Positions 1-11,060 of a stretch of 64,000 bases of DNA are shown one piece after another (the first letter of the stretch is position 1; each line of letters begins with the position of its first letter). The DNA is from an uncultured Rhodospirillaceae bacterium (GTDB lineage Bacteria > Pseudomonadota > Alphaproteobacteria > UBA11136), in assembly GCA_964486105.1 (NCBI GenBank), contig CAZAKR010000013.1:537-64536 (forward strand), read 5' to 3'. The notes below the pieces were generated by a model. That model had not been told where the DNA came from and did no database searches. It saw nothing but the letters and a program-made list of their open reading frames with translations. The position numbers and the translations under genes are program-made.

Positions 1-952
1 GCCCCAGCGCGACCAGCCGCCCGAATTGATTGCGTGAACGCAGCGCGATGGCAAAGCCAAAGATAATAATAATCATGTAAAGCGTCAAAAGCCCCAATCC
101 GCCGACAATCCCGAATTCCTCGGCCAGCATCGTAAAGATGAAATCGGTCTGTTTCTCGGGCAGAAAATTAAGGTGGCTTTGCGACCCTTGAAGAAATCCC
201 TTGCCGAAAAGCCCCCCCGAACCCAGGGCGATCTTTGACTGCATGATATGATAGCCGCCGCCCAGGGGGTCGGATTCAGGGTTGATAAAGGTAAGTACAC
301 GCTGCTTTTGGTAATCCCGCAGAAACTGCCAGGCAACGGGCAGGGCCCCAAGCCCGCCGACGAAAAGAAGACCGAACAGCCACAACCGTGCGCCGGCGAG
401 AAAGAAAACACTCCCCCCACCGAGAACCAGCAGGATCGCTGTACCGAGATCAGGCTGGCGCAGGACCAGGGCGGCAGGGATTAAAATCATAAACAGGGGA
501 AGAAAAAGCACCGTAAAGCCGGTCACTTCTTCATGGCTGAGGCCATGAAAATAACGCGCCAGGGCGAGAACCAGCGCCACCTTCATGATTTCGGAAGGCT
601 GGAGCTGAAAAAACCCGATATCGATCCACCGTTGCGCCCCCATGCCGACCGCGCCGAAAACCTCAACCGATATGAGAAGAGCCAGCGCCAGCCCATAAAT
701 GAGATAGGCGTAGCGCATCCAGAACCGCAAATCGATCAAGGCGACGATGATAAGCAGGCCAAGGCCAATTCCAAAACGGACCATCTGACGCTCGGCCCAG
801 GGGTCAAGGCTGCCATTGGATGCCGAAAACAGCATGGCAAACCCGATCATCGCCACAAGGCAGATCAAAAGCACCATCGACCAACTGATATGCCAGATTT
901 TTTCTGTCAGCCGCATCTCTGCGGATTCATTCTGGTGCCCGATCACACTCAT
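1..952 (-). CDS. rodA: Rod-shape peptidoglycan glycosyltransferase RodA (FtsW/RodA/SpoVE family); 3' part runs off the window start
   Basis: The minus-strand translation from the ATG at 950-952 reads MSVIGHQNESAEMRLTEKIWHISWSMVLLICLVAMIGFAMLFSASNGSLDPWAERQMVRF... and is a typical polytopic SEDS N-terminus. It lies immediately downstream of mrdA in the canonical mreBCD-mrdA-rodA order. It is absent from the ORF table because it is partial. Confidence 0.85.
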   Translation of the reverse strand, partial: MSVIGHQNESAEMRLTEKIWHISWSMVLLICLVAMIGFAMLFSASNGSLDPWAERQMVRFGIGLGLLIIVALIDLRFWMRYAYLIYGLALALLISVEVFGAVGMGAQRWIDIGFFQLQPSEIMKVALVLALARYFHGLSHEEVTGFTVLFLPLFMILIPAALVLRQPDLGTAILLVLGGGSVFFLAGARLWLFGLLFVGGLGALPVAWQFLRDYQKQRVLTFINPESDPLGGGYHIMQSKIALGSGGLFGKGFLQGSQSHLNFLPEKQTDFIFTMLAEEFGIVGGLGLLTLYMIIIIFGFAIALRSRNQFGRLVALG

Positions 953-955
953 AAT

Positions 956-2815
956 CTAGCTCCCCGCCACAGACACTGGCTTACCCTTGCGTGCCCGATC
1001 CTGGGTCATCGCCATAATATCGCGGGCGATTGGGGCTGCAATCTTGGAGCCGCTGCCCCCATGCTCGATAACAACAGAGATGACGAAGCGTGGGTCATCC
1101 ACCGGCGCATAACCGACGAAAAGGGCATGGTCGCGCTCCTTCCAGGGAATTTCCTCGTTCTTAAGCACACCCTGAAGACGTTCGTTTTTACTAATCCGCC
1201 GAACCTGGGCGGTACCGGTCTTTCCCCCCATTTCCATCCCCCGGGTATAAATCCGCGACCTGTACGCCGTGCCACCAGGAGAATTGGTCACCGCATCCAT
1301 GCCTTTCTTTACAACCGAAAGAGAATCTGCTGAAAAACCGAGATTGGGAAGGACCGTCGTCAACTGGTCTTTCTCCTGACCGGCGCTAATACTATCCAGA
1401 GTAAGATGCGGGTTAACCTCGTGGCCACCATTAACCAGGCGCGCCGTCATAATCGCCAGTTGGAGCGGCGTTGCCAGAACATAGCCCTGGCCGATGCCGG
1501 TCAGAAGGGTCTCACCCTGCTGCCAGGCGCCGCCGACGACCGCCTCTTTCCACGCCCGACTTGGCACCAGCCCATCTCGTCCGTTGGGAAGGTCGAGCCC
1601 CGAGGCCATCCCAAGACCCAGCCGTTGCGCCACCTCCGAAATACGGTCGATCCCGGTACGCCGGGCGAGTTCATAGAAATAGACGTCACAGGAATGCTTC
1701 AGTCCCCCGACCATATCGACATAACCATGACCATCTTCTTTCCAGCAATGGAACTTGCTGTCCTCCAACTCGACATAGCCGGGGCAAAAAAAGCGCTGCT
1801 CAGGCGTTACGATGCCGTTTTCCAGGGCCGCAAGGGCCACCACCATCTTGAAGGTAGAGCCCGGCGCGTACTGACCAGAATGCGCCTTGTTGGTAAGTGG
1901 GCTCTTGGCGTTCGTCACCAGGTCTTGCCATTCCGACTCATTTAAACCCTTGTTAAAGGCGTTGGGATCGAAACCTGGAGAAGAAACAAGGGCCAGAATT
2001 TCGCCGCTATAGGCGTCCATGACGACGACCGAAGCGCTTTCGCCCTTCAGACTATTTGTCGCATATCGCTGGAGCTCGGCGTCAATGGAAAGTACGATTT
2101 CCTGGCCAGGCTGGCCCTCTTCCCTCTCCAGCTCACGGATTACCCGGCCCAGTGCATTGACTTCTATCTGGCTGGTTCCCGCCGAACCGCGGAGATCAAG
2201 GTCATAATTCTTTTCAACCCCGCTCTTTCCAATGCGAAAATCCGGCAATTCGAGTAAGGGGTCTTTCCTTCCCTGGTCTTCAGGCGAGACAGGCGCGACA
2301 TAGCCGACCACATGCCCTGCAGCGCCGCCAAGAGGATAAGAGCGGCTCTGGCCGACATCGATTGCCACGCCGGGAAGGTCCGGCGCATTGACCTCGATCC
2401 GGGAAACATCCTCCCAGCTCAGATTATCGCGCACGGTAACGGGTAAAAACTTTCGCTTGCGCCCAATTTCGCGCCGAACACGCCGCCGGTCTCTTTCGCT
2501 GAGAGGAATAAGGTTGCTCAGCGCATTAAGGATCGACTCAAGGTCCGTGACCTCTTCAGGCACGATCACGACACGGTAATTAAGTTGATTAACCGCCAGG
2601 GGAACGCCGTAACGATCGAGAATACGTCCCCGGGGCGGCGGCAGCAGGCGCAGACTGATCCGGTTCTCGTCCGCCAGCATGGCATAGCGATCAGATTCGA
2701 GAACCTGAAGGTAATACATGCGGCCGGCAAGGGCCGAAAACATTAAGAACTGTCCGCCACCCAGAAGAATGGTCCGCCGCGAAAATGTTTTCGATTGACC
2801 GAGATCGCTCTGCAT
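956..2815 (-). CDS. mrdA: Penicillin-binding protein 2 (peptidoglycan D,D-transpeptidase MrdA)
   Basis: The 642-aa ORF 956..2884 carries the SXXK motif (SGSTFKMV) and transpeptidase-domain features. The likely true start is the ATG at 2813-2815 (MQSDLGQSKTF...), 1 nt after the mreD stop (TGAtATG); the longer listed ORF overlaps mreD. Confidence 0.9.
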   Translation of the reverse strand: MQSDLGQSKTFSRRTILLGGGQFLMFSALAGRMYYLQVLESDRYAMLADENRISLRLLPPPRGRILDRYGVPLAVNQLNYRVVIVPEEVTDLESILNALSNLIPLSERDRRRVRREIGRKRKFLPVTVRDNLSWEDVSRIEVNAPDLPGVAIDVGQSRSYPLGGAAGHVVGYVAPVSPEDQGRKDPLLELPDFRIGKSGVEKNYDLDLRGSAGTSQIEVNALGRVIRELEREEGQPGQEIVLSIDAELQRYATNSLKGESASVVVMDAYSGEILALVSSPGFDPNAFNKGLNESEWQDLVTNAKSPLTNKAHSGQYAPGSTFKMVVALAALENGIVTPEQRFFCPGYVELEDSKFHCWKEDGHGYVDMVGGLKHSCDVYFYELARRTGIDRISEVAQRLGLGMASGLDLPNGRDGLVPSRAWKEAVVGGAWQQGETLLTGIGQGYVLATPLQLAIMTARLVNGGHEVNPHLTLDSISAGQEKDQLTTVLPNLGFSADSLSVVKKGMDAVTNSPGGTAYRSRIYTRGMEMGGKTGTAQVRRISKNERLQGVLKNEEIPWKERDHALFVGYAPVDDPRFVISVVIEHGGSGSKIAAPIARDIMAMTQDRARKGKPVSVAGS

Positions 2816-2816
2816 A

Positions 2817-3326
2817 TCACGCCTGAGGAAGAAAAGCCTGCTGCACACGGATGAACAACCAGGTGAAACAGGGGAAAAGAGCAAAGGTCAGAAGATATTG
2901 AAAGGCCAGGGAGGTGGGATTGATCATCGTCAGGTTGAGGAGAGAAAGAATCTCCCAACCGATTGCCAGGGCGCCGGCGGCGACCAGCATGAAGCCGCCC
3001 CACATGATGAGAAACGAATTCTCCATAAAAAACCGGCGCCGTGAAACGACCGTTGTCCGTACAAGCAGCAGAATAATGGCGTGCAGACCCAGCGGCGTCG
3101 AGACCAGAATGTCCTGGAAAATGCCGACAAGAAAAACAGCCCATGCGGGTATGAGATCGGGACGGAAAATGGACCAGTAATAAACGGCCATAAGGGAAAG
3201 AGCGGGAACAATCGTGCCAAACCCCGGGATATGCGTCGGAATAACGCTCAATACGACGAGGAAAAGCGTTATCGCAAGGGGCGAAAGATTACGCGCGATA
3301 GAGTCAAGTCGGTGCCACAGGGACAA
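2817..3326 (-). CDS. mreD: Rod shape-determining protein MreD
   Basis: This is a 169-aa multi-TM hydrophobic protein sitting between mreC and mrdA. Confidence 0.8.
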   Translation of the reverse strand: MSLWHRLDSIARNLSPLAITLFLVVLSVIPTHIPGFGTIVPALSLMAVYYWSIFRPDLIPAWAVFLVGIFQDILVSTPLGLHAIILLLVRTTVVSRRRFFMENSFLIMWGGFMLVAAGALAIGWEILSLLNLTMINPTSLAFQYLLTFALFPCFTWLFIRVQQAFLPQA

Positions 3327-3333
3327 TGGGGGC

Positions 3334-4209
3334 CTACTTGTTCAAAGGTCGGGTGGAAGATTCCGGAAGAATACCGATAAGCCCGAACTCCATCACCCGG
3401 ACAAATTCCAGTCTGCTTTGATTGACATAGGCCTGAATCCGGAATTCTCCCTCTTTAACCGGCAATACACGTCCAACCGGAATGCCCGGCGGGAAAGCGC
3501 CGCCATAGCCGGAGGTAACCACTCTCTCGCCGGCGGATATTTTCACCCCGTCGGGCAGATGCAAAAGGAACGGCTTGTCCGTATTGTCCCCGGACAGGAT
3601 AGCCCTTTGACGGGAGGTTTCGGTAACCACGGGAATTCGGGAGTTGAGATCAGTCAGCAGGAGAACCCTGGATGCCCGGTCCCCGACCTGTCCGACACGA
3701 CCGACAAGGCCATCACCGGTAATTGCCACCTGACCCTTCTTGATTCCATCCCGCTTGCCGGCGTTAATCAGGATACTGCGCACAAAGGCGTTCCCTGAAT
3801 CGGATATCACGCGCGCTGAAACATAACTCAAGGCCGAACTGGGGAGCAGGTTGAGAAGATTCCGCAGCTCCCTGTTTTCCGCCTCAAGGTGCAGAGCAAG
3901 ATTATGCCAACGTTTGAGCTTTGTGTTCTCTTCCACGATCAGGGCGTTCTGATGGCGAAGATCGATATAACCGCGAGCCTCGTCAACTGCGTGGGCAAGA
4001 GTGGCCGCCGGGCGGGAAACAGCATCAAGTATGGGAGCAACGGCATCGGTGGCTGACACGCGGATCCGTTCCACGATCGCCACTTCGGCCTTTTCCAGAA
4101 ACATCAGGCCAAAAGAGCCGCCGATAAGGACGAGAAGAGCAAACCGCTGAACAAGCACCCGGAAGGGGGTGGTTATTCTCAACATTGAGCTGGCGAGGTT
4201 TGTGAGCAT
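3334..4209 (-). CDS. mreC: Rod shape-determining protein MreC
   Basis: This 291-aa protein has an N-terminal TM, a coiled-coil and a beta-rich C-terminus. It lies downstream of mreB. Confidence 0.85.
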   Translation of the reverse strand: MLTNLASSMLRITTPFRVLVQRFALLVLIGGSFGLMFLEKAEVAIVERIRVSATDAVAPILDAVSRPAATLAHAVDEARGYIDLRHQNALIVEENTKLKRWHNLALHLEAENRELRNLLNLLPSSALSYVSARVISDSGNAFVRSILINAGKRDGIKKGQVAITGDGLVGRVGQVGDRASRVLLLTDLNSRIPVVTETSRQRAILSGDNTDKPFLLHLPDGVKISAGERVVTSGYGGAFPPGIPVGRVLPVKEGEFRIQAYVNQSRLEFVRVMEFGLIGILPESSTRPLNK

Positions 4210-4363
4210 GCCTTACCTCAACCCTCCGGAATTATGATGAAGAATACGGGAACTCTCGTAACGCCCTGATTCTTCCCAAACATTCACCAGACGATCTTTG
4301 AACCTAATTAAACCATAAAAAGTGAGTATCTGTAAAATCTCGATATGTTTTACCTTACATAAA

Positions 4364-5413
<1,050 letters not shown>

Positions 5414-5481
5414 TTATCCTTTTCGTTTCCTTAAAGTCCCGTCATCCGCCGGCGCATAATGCCAACGGTTAGGGCATAATA

Positions 5482-7035
5482 TCAGGCCGAAAGCGCGGCT
5501 GGCGCCGACTTTCCCCTTTTGACAATCAGTTTATTCAACGCCGTCACATAGGCGCGGGCCGAGGCCACCATGGTATCAACATCGGCGCCTTGGCCATTTA
5601 CCGTACGACCATTTTCCTCGAGTCTTACCGTTACCTCGGCCTGAGCATCAGTGCCTTTGGTGACCGCATGAACCTGATAGAGCTGGAGCGTCGCCTCATG
5701 GGGAAAGAGTTTCCGGATGGCGGCGAATGTCGCATCCACCGGACCGTCTCCCTCGGCTGAGGCAGCTTTTATTTCACCGTCAATTTCAAGTTCCAGATCG
5801 GCCTTCTGGGGGCCTTTCGAACCACAAACAACCTGCAAAGAGACAAATTTCAAACGGTCGTTGCCACGCACAATCCGGTCGTCGATCAAGGCCACCAGAT
5901 CTTCCTCGAAAATTTCTTTTTTCTTGTCGGCCAGGGCCTTGAAACGGTCGAAAACGTCTTCAATTGCCTCATCATCCAGATCAAGACCCATTTCCTGAAC
6001 CTTGGCGATAAAGGCATGGCGCCCGGAATGCTTGCCGAGCACAATCTTGGACTGGGTCAGACCGATCGATTCAGGGGTCATAATCTCATAGGTGCCGGCA
6101 TGCTTGAGCATGCCGTCCTGATGAATCCCGGCTTCATGGGCAAAAGCATTGGCGCCGACAATAGCCTTGTTGGGCTGAACCACGAAACCGGTCACCGTCG
6201 AGACCAGATGCGAGGCGCGGGTAATCAGTTCGGTTTTGATTCCGGTGTGATACGGCATCAAATCGTTGCGCGTCCGCAGCGCCATGACAATCTCTTCCAT
6301 GGCCGCGTTGCCGGCCCGCTCGCCGAGCCCGTTAATGGTACATTCCACCTGCCGGGCGCCGTTACGCACCGCCGAGAGGGAATTGGCCACCGCCAGACCG
6401 AGATCGTTATGGCAGTGCACTGAAATGACCGCCTTGTCGATGTTCGGCACCTTGTTCCGCAACAGCGCGATCAAAGCCCCGAATTCTTCAGGCACGGCGT
6501 AACCGACGGTATCGGGAATGTTAATCGTCGTCGCCCCGGCGTTAACCGCGATCTCGACACAGCGGCAGAGAAAGTCCGTATCGCTGCGGGTCGCGTCCTC
6601 GGCGCTCCATTCCACATCGTCCGTATAGCCCCGGGCCCTGGTAACGCTGTCATGAACCGCTTCCAACACCGAATTGGGGCCCATCTTGAGCTTGTGCTCC
6701 ATATGCAGGGGGCTGGTGGCGATGAAGGTATGAATCCGCTTACGCGCCGCCGGTTTCAACGCTTCGGCGGCACGATCAATATCCTTGTTGGTGGCGCGGG
6801 CCAGACCGCAGACCGTCGACTTCTTGATCTTTCCGGCAATCGCCTGAACGGCCTCAAAATCGCCTTCCGAGGCAATCGGAAAACCGGCCTCGATCACATC
6901 GACACCCATTTCCTCGAGAACCGTTGCAATCCGGATTTTTTCCTCAAGATTCATCGAGGCGCCCGGTGACTGCTCACCGTCGCGCAAGGTGGTGTCGAAA
7001 ATAACGACCTGATTTTTATCTGTCTTGGTACTCAT
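5482..7035 (-). CDS. leuA: 2-isopropylmalate synthase
   Basis: The 517-aa protein has an N-terminal DRE-TIM barrel ([27 protein letters not shown]) and a C-terminal LeuA dimerisation/regulatory domain. Confidence 0.92.
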   Translation of the reverse strand: MSTKTDKNQVVIFDTTLRDGEQSPGASMNLEEKIRIATVLEEMGVDVIEAGFPIASEGDFEAVQAIAGKIKKSTVCGLARATNKDIDRAAEALKPAARKRIHTFIATSPLHMEHKLKMGPNSVLEAVHDSVTRARGYTDDVEWSAEDATRSDTDFLCRCVEIAVNAGATTINIPDTVGYAVPEEFGALIALLRNKVPNIDKAVISVHCHNDLGLAVANSLSAVRNGARQVECTINGLGERAGNAAMEEIVMALRTRNDLMPYHTGIKTELITRASHLVSTVTGFVVQPNKAIVGANAFAHEAGIHQDGMLKHAGTYEIMTPESIGLTQSKIVLGKHSGRHAFIAKVQEMGLDLDDEAIEDVFDRFKALADKKKEIFEEDLVALIDDRIVRGNDRLKFVSLQVVCGSKGPQKADLELEIDGEIKAASAEGDGPVDATFAAIRKLFPHEATLQLYQVHAVTKGTDAQAEVTVRLEENGRTVNGQGADVDTMVASARAYVTALNKLIVKRGKSAPAALSA

Positions 7036-7330
7036 GATTCAGGAATCCTTTGCAAATGACGTATTCAATATCGAAATCGACCTATCCCCTGAACAGCCGC
7101 CGAAAAAAGCAACGGTCACGTTCAGAGGCTCCTAAGTCGAAGAGCCACGTCATCGCAAAGCAGAAGGTTGAAGAAGGGGGCAAAAGACGGCGCCCCGGAC
7201 GGACAGGCGGAACCGACACGGAAGATGGCTTCCATGGGGATCGAATTTTCAGATATATCAACGGCTTTCATCATTTCAGCCCGTTTTCTCTTGTACCTGT
7301 CCTGACCCCGAAGGGAATCATATATCACAA
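7036..7330 (-). promoter_or_regulatory. leuA 5' leader carrying a candidate Leu-rich leader peptide and a stem/T-run attenuator-like element
   Basis: The minus-strand ORF 7122..7328 ends ...FFNLLLCDDVALRLRSL* (codons CTT CTG CTT...). Its stop is immediately followed by GAACGTGACCGTTGC TTTTTT CGGCGGCTGTTCAGG, which contains a small hairpin plus a T6 run. The leuA RBS and ATG lie about 85 nt further on. Confidence 0.3.
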
Positions 7331-7503
7331 CATGTATATGGTTAATAACGGATGAATTTCATCCCCTTAACCCTTTGAAGGCCCAATAACTACTGCCTTT
7401 CGGCTATCCGGGGCAACGATTTTGTTGCGGCGCACTCGATCCGGGCACCTTGGTCGCGGGCCGGTTTATCAGGTGGCTCCAGCGGGCCACAGAAAGGCTC
7501 ATC

Positions 7504-9144
7504 TTACAAAAGGCCGGTTTTTTGCCTCAACTCGTCGGTCAAAACCTTCTCGTTTTCCGAGTAATCCACCGGCACCTCAACCAGGTGCACGCCTTTCTCA
7601 CCGAAACAGGCCTCAAGAAGCGGCGCCAGATCATCGGCGGCGGCCAGCCGGTGCCCCTTGGCGCCGAAACTTTCCGCGAAAGCCACGAAATCCGGGTTGC
7701 CGAACTGGAGACTGTAGGGGTTCAGGCCGTGAGCGTTCTGCTTCCAGCGGATCATGCCATAGGCATCGTCACGCAGAACCATGATGATCAGGTTAAGCCC
7801 CAAACGAACGGCGGTTTCCATCTCCTGGCAGTTCATCATGAAACCGCCGTCACCGCAGATTGCCATCACCCGGCGCTCGGGATACAGCATCGCCGCCATC
7901 ATCGCCGAGGCCTGCCCCGCCCCCATGGTCGCCAGGGCATTGTCGAGCAATACCGTATTGGGCTCATGGGCCATGTAATTGCGGGCAAACCAGATTTTGT
8001 AGATGCCGTTATCGAGCGCGATAATCCCATCCGACGGCATGGCCTTGCGCACATCGGCCACCAGCCGTTGGGGAATGACGGGAAAACGCGGGTCATCGCC
8101 CCCCTCGCCAATGTGGGCATGGACCGCATCGCGGACCTTGGTGAAAAAGGAGAAATCGTGACCGTCGCTGTGTCCCAGCTTTTTGGCCAGACGACGCACC
8201 GACGTGGCGATGTCGCCGATCACCTCGGCCTGGGGGAAATACACCGCATCGGTATCAGCCGGGGTGAAATTGACATGCACCACTTTTTTGCCGCCGCGCT
8301 CCATGAAAAACGGCGGTTTTTCCACCACGTCATGGCCGATATTGATCACCAGATCGGCCCGATCCAACACCAGATGAAGGTAATCACCGCTGGACAGCGC
8401 CGCCGTGCCGAGACACAGGGGGTGGCGCTCATCCACCACTCCCTTGCCCATCTGGGTGCTGAAAAAGGGGATTCCGGTTTCCTCGATAAAGTCGCAGAGG
8501 GGGCCACAAATCCATTTACGGTTGGCCCCGGCGCCGATCAAAAGCAGCGGGTGGCGGCTTGCGCGGATCAGGGCGACCGCCTGATTGAGCGCATCTTCGT
8601 CCGCATCGGGCAGGAAAGCCGGATGGCTCTCAAACACCCGTTCGTCGGTTTCCTCGCCGGCAATGTCTTCAGGCAACTCCAAATGCACCGCTCCGGGCCG
8701 CTCTTCAGTGGCGATGCGGAATCCTTCACGGACCAGCGCCGGTATCGCCGAAGCATCGACGATCTGGCGGGCCGACTTGGTCAGCGGCTTCATCATTTCG
8801 ACCACATTGACGATCTGGAATCGTCCCTGACGGCTTGAACGGATCGGTTTCTGGCCGGTAATCATCATCATCGGCATGGCGCCGAGCTGGGCATAGGCCG
8901 CTGTGGTCACGAGATTGGTCGCGCCGGGTCCCAGGGTGGCGAGGCAAACCCCCACCTTGCCGGTCAGACGCCCGTAAGTGGCCGCCATGAAGCCCGCCCC
9001 CTGCTCGTGGCGGACAAGAATGAGTTCAATTTTCGAGCGGCTCAGGGAATCGAGAAAATCGAGATTTTCCTCGCCCGGCAGACCGAATACGTATTCCACG
9101 CCCTCATTTTCGAGCGCCTGGACGAACAAGTCCGAAGCCTTCAT
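7504..9144 (-). CDS. Thiamine-diphosphate enzyme of the acetolactate synthase large-subunit family, a solo paralogue with no adjacent small subunit
   Basis: The ORF 7504..9210 has TPP N-terminal, central and C-terminal domains (GLPGEENLDFLD..., GDGGFMMN). The probable start is MKASDLFVQALENEGV at about 9144. Confidence 0.8.
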   Translation of the reverse strand: MKASDLFVQALENEGVEYVFGLPGEENLDFLDSLSRSKIELILVRHEQGAGFMAATYGRLTGKVGVCLATLGPGATNLVTTAAYAQLGAMPMMMITGQKPIRSSRQGRFQIVNVVEMMKPLTKSARQIVDASAIPALVREGFRIATEERPGAVHLELPEDIAGEETDERVFESHPAFLPDADEDALNQAVALIRASRHPLLLIGAGANRKWICGPLCDFIEETGIPFFSTQMGKGVVDERHPLCLGTAALSSGDYLHLVLDRADLVINIGHDVVEKPPFFMERGGKKVVHVNFTPADTDAVYFPQAEVIGDIATSVRRLAKKLGHSDGHDFSFFTKVRDAVHAHIGEGGDDPRFPVIPQRLVADVRKAMPSDGIIALDNGIYKIWFARNYMAHEPNTVLLDNALATMGAGQASAMMAAMLYPERRVMAICGDGGFMMNCQEMETAVRLGLNLIIMVLRDDAYGMIRWKQNAHGLNPYSLQFGNPDFVAFAESFGAKGHRLAAADDLAPLLEACFGEKGVHLVEVPVDYSENEKVLTDELRQKTGLL

Positions 9145-9311
9145 GCGACGTTCCCCCCGAAAGACAAAATAACGCCGTGAACCTTGCCATGAATGATAAA
9201 GCTTCGCCAAGGCCCGTCTCCCGGGCCATCGCCTTTTTTACAGGAGAGAAATCAAGGCATGGGATGTGGAGAAGAGGGGGTCGCCAATGTCCACAATGCC
9301 CACCCCGACAA

Positions 9312-9353
9312 CCAAAATAAGAAAACCCGCCCCGGCGCATCGGCCGGAGCGGG
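9312..9353 (-). terminator. Rho-independent terminator downstream of ilvC
   Basis: The minus-strand hairpin CCCGCTCCGGCCGATGCGCCGGGGCGGG is followed by TTTTCTTATTTTGG. Confidence 0.5.
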
Positions 9354-9412
9354 TTGATCTTAAAACAAACGGTCAAAGACCGCCGGGTCGAAACCCGTCG
9401 GCTTGAAACCCC

Positions 9413-10438
<1,026 letters not shown>

Positions 10439-10490
10439 TTACCTTTCACAATCCAGACACACGCCTTTCGGCGTAAATTCGGGGTGATAC

Positions 10491-11021
10491 CTACAGGGGC
10501 TTTGGCCCGCGTGCAATAGCAACGATACCTGTGCGGCAGGCATCAACCAGCCCCAGGGGTTCCATCAGTTCAATAAAAGCGTCGATCTTGGCGCTCGTTC
10601 CGGTCATTTCGAAGACAAAGGACTTGATTGTGCTGTCCACCACCCTGGCGCGGAAAATATCAGCAATCCGCAAAGCCTCGACACGTTTTTCACCACTGCC
10701 CTTGACCTTGATTAAAGCCAGTTCACGGGCCACACAAGGACCTTCATCGGTAAGGTCGGAGACCTTATGCACCGGCACCAGGCGGTCGAACTGGGCCTTG
10801 ATCTGTTCCAGCACCATCGGCGTTCCCGAGGTAACAACGGTGATACGGGAAATATTTTCGACCCGATCAACCTCGCTGACCGTCAGGCTTTCAATATTGT
10901 AGCCGCGGCCTGAAAAAAGCCCGATGACACGAGCCAGAACCCCCGGCTCGTTATCGACCAGAACGGCAATAATCCGTTGTTCGACCTGTTCCACTTCCTT
11001 TTGCCCCTTTTTAGCAGCCAT
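10491..11021 (-). CDS. ilvH: Acetolactate synthase small (regulatory) subunit
   Basis: The 176-aa protein has an ACT domain (IIAVLVDNEPGVLARVIGLFSGRGYNIESLTV) and the ALS small-subunit C-terminal domain. Confidence 0.9.
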   Translation of the reverse strand: MAAKKGQKEVEQVEQRIIAVLVDNEPGVLARVIGLFSGRGYNIESLTVSEVDRVENISRITVVTSGTPMVLEQIKAQFDRLVPVHKVSDLTDEGPCVARELALIKVKGSGEKRVEALRIADIFRARVVDSTIKSFVFEMTGTSAKIDAFIELMEPLGLVDACRTGIVAIARGPKPL

Positions 11022-11060
11022 CGCTTAATCCTTCCGGCGGACCGAGGTCCGCAAAGCCCC

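Noticed and set aside
2817-2884. 68-nt overlap between the listed mrdA ORF and mreD
   Set aside because: It is resolved by using the internal ATG at about 2813-2815 (TGAtATG junction). There is no real overlap.
7450-8838. Long antisense ORFs inside high-GC genes (7450..8838, 9497..10519, 10977..12026, 23490..24407, 24406..25302, 26038..27084, 29864..30724 and others)
   Set aside because: They are typical GC-rich shadow ORFs opposite or out of frame with well-supported genes, and have no recognisable domains.
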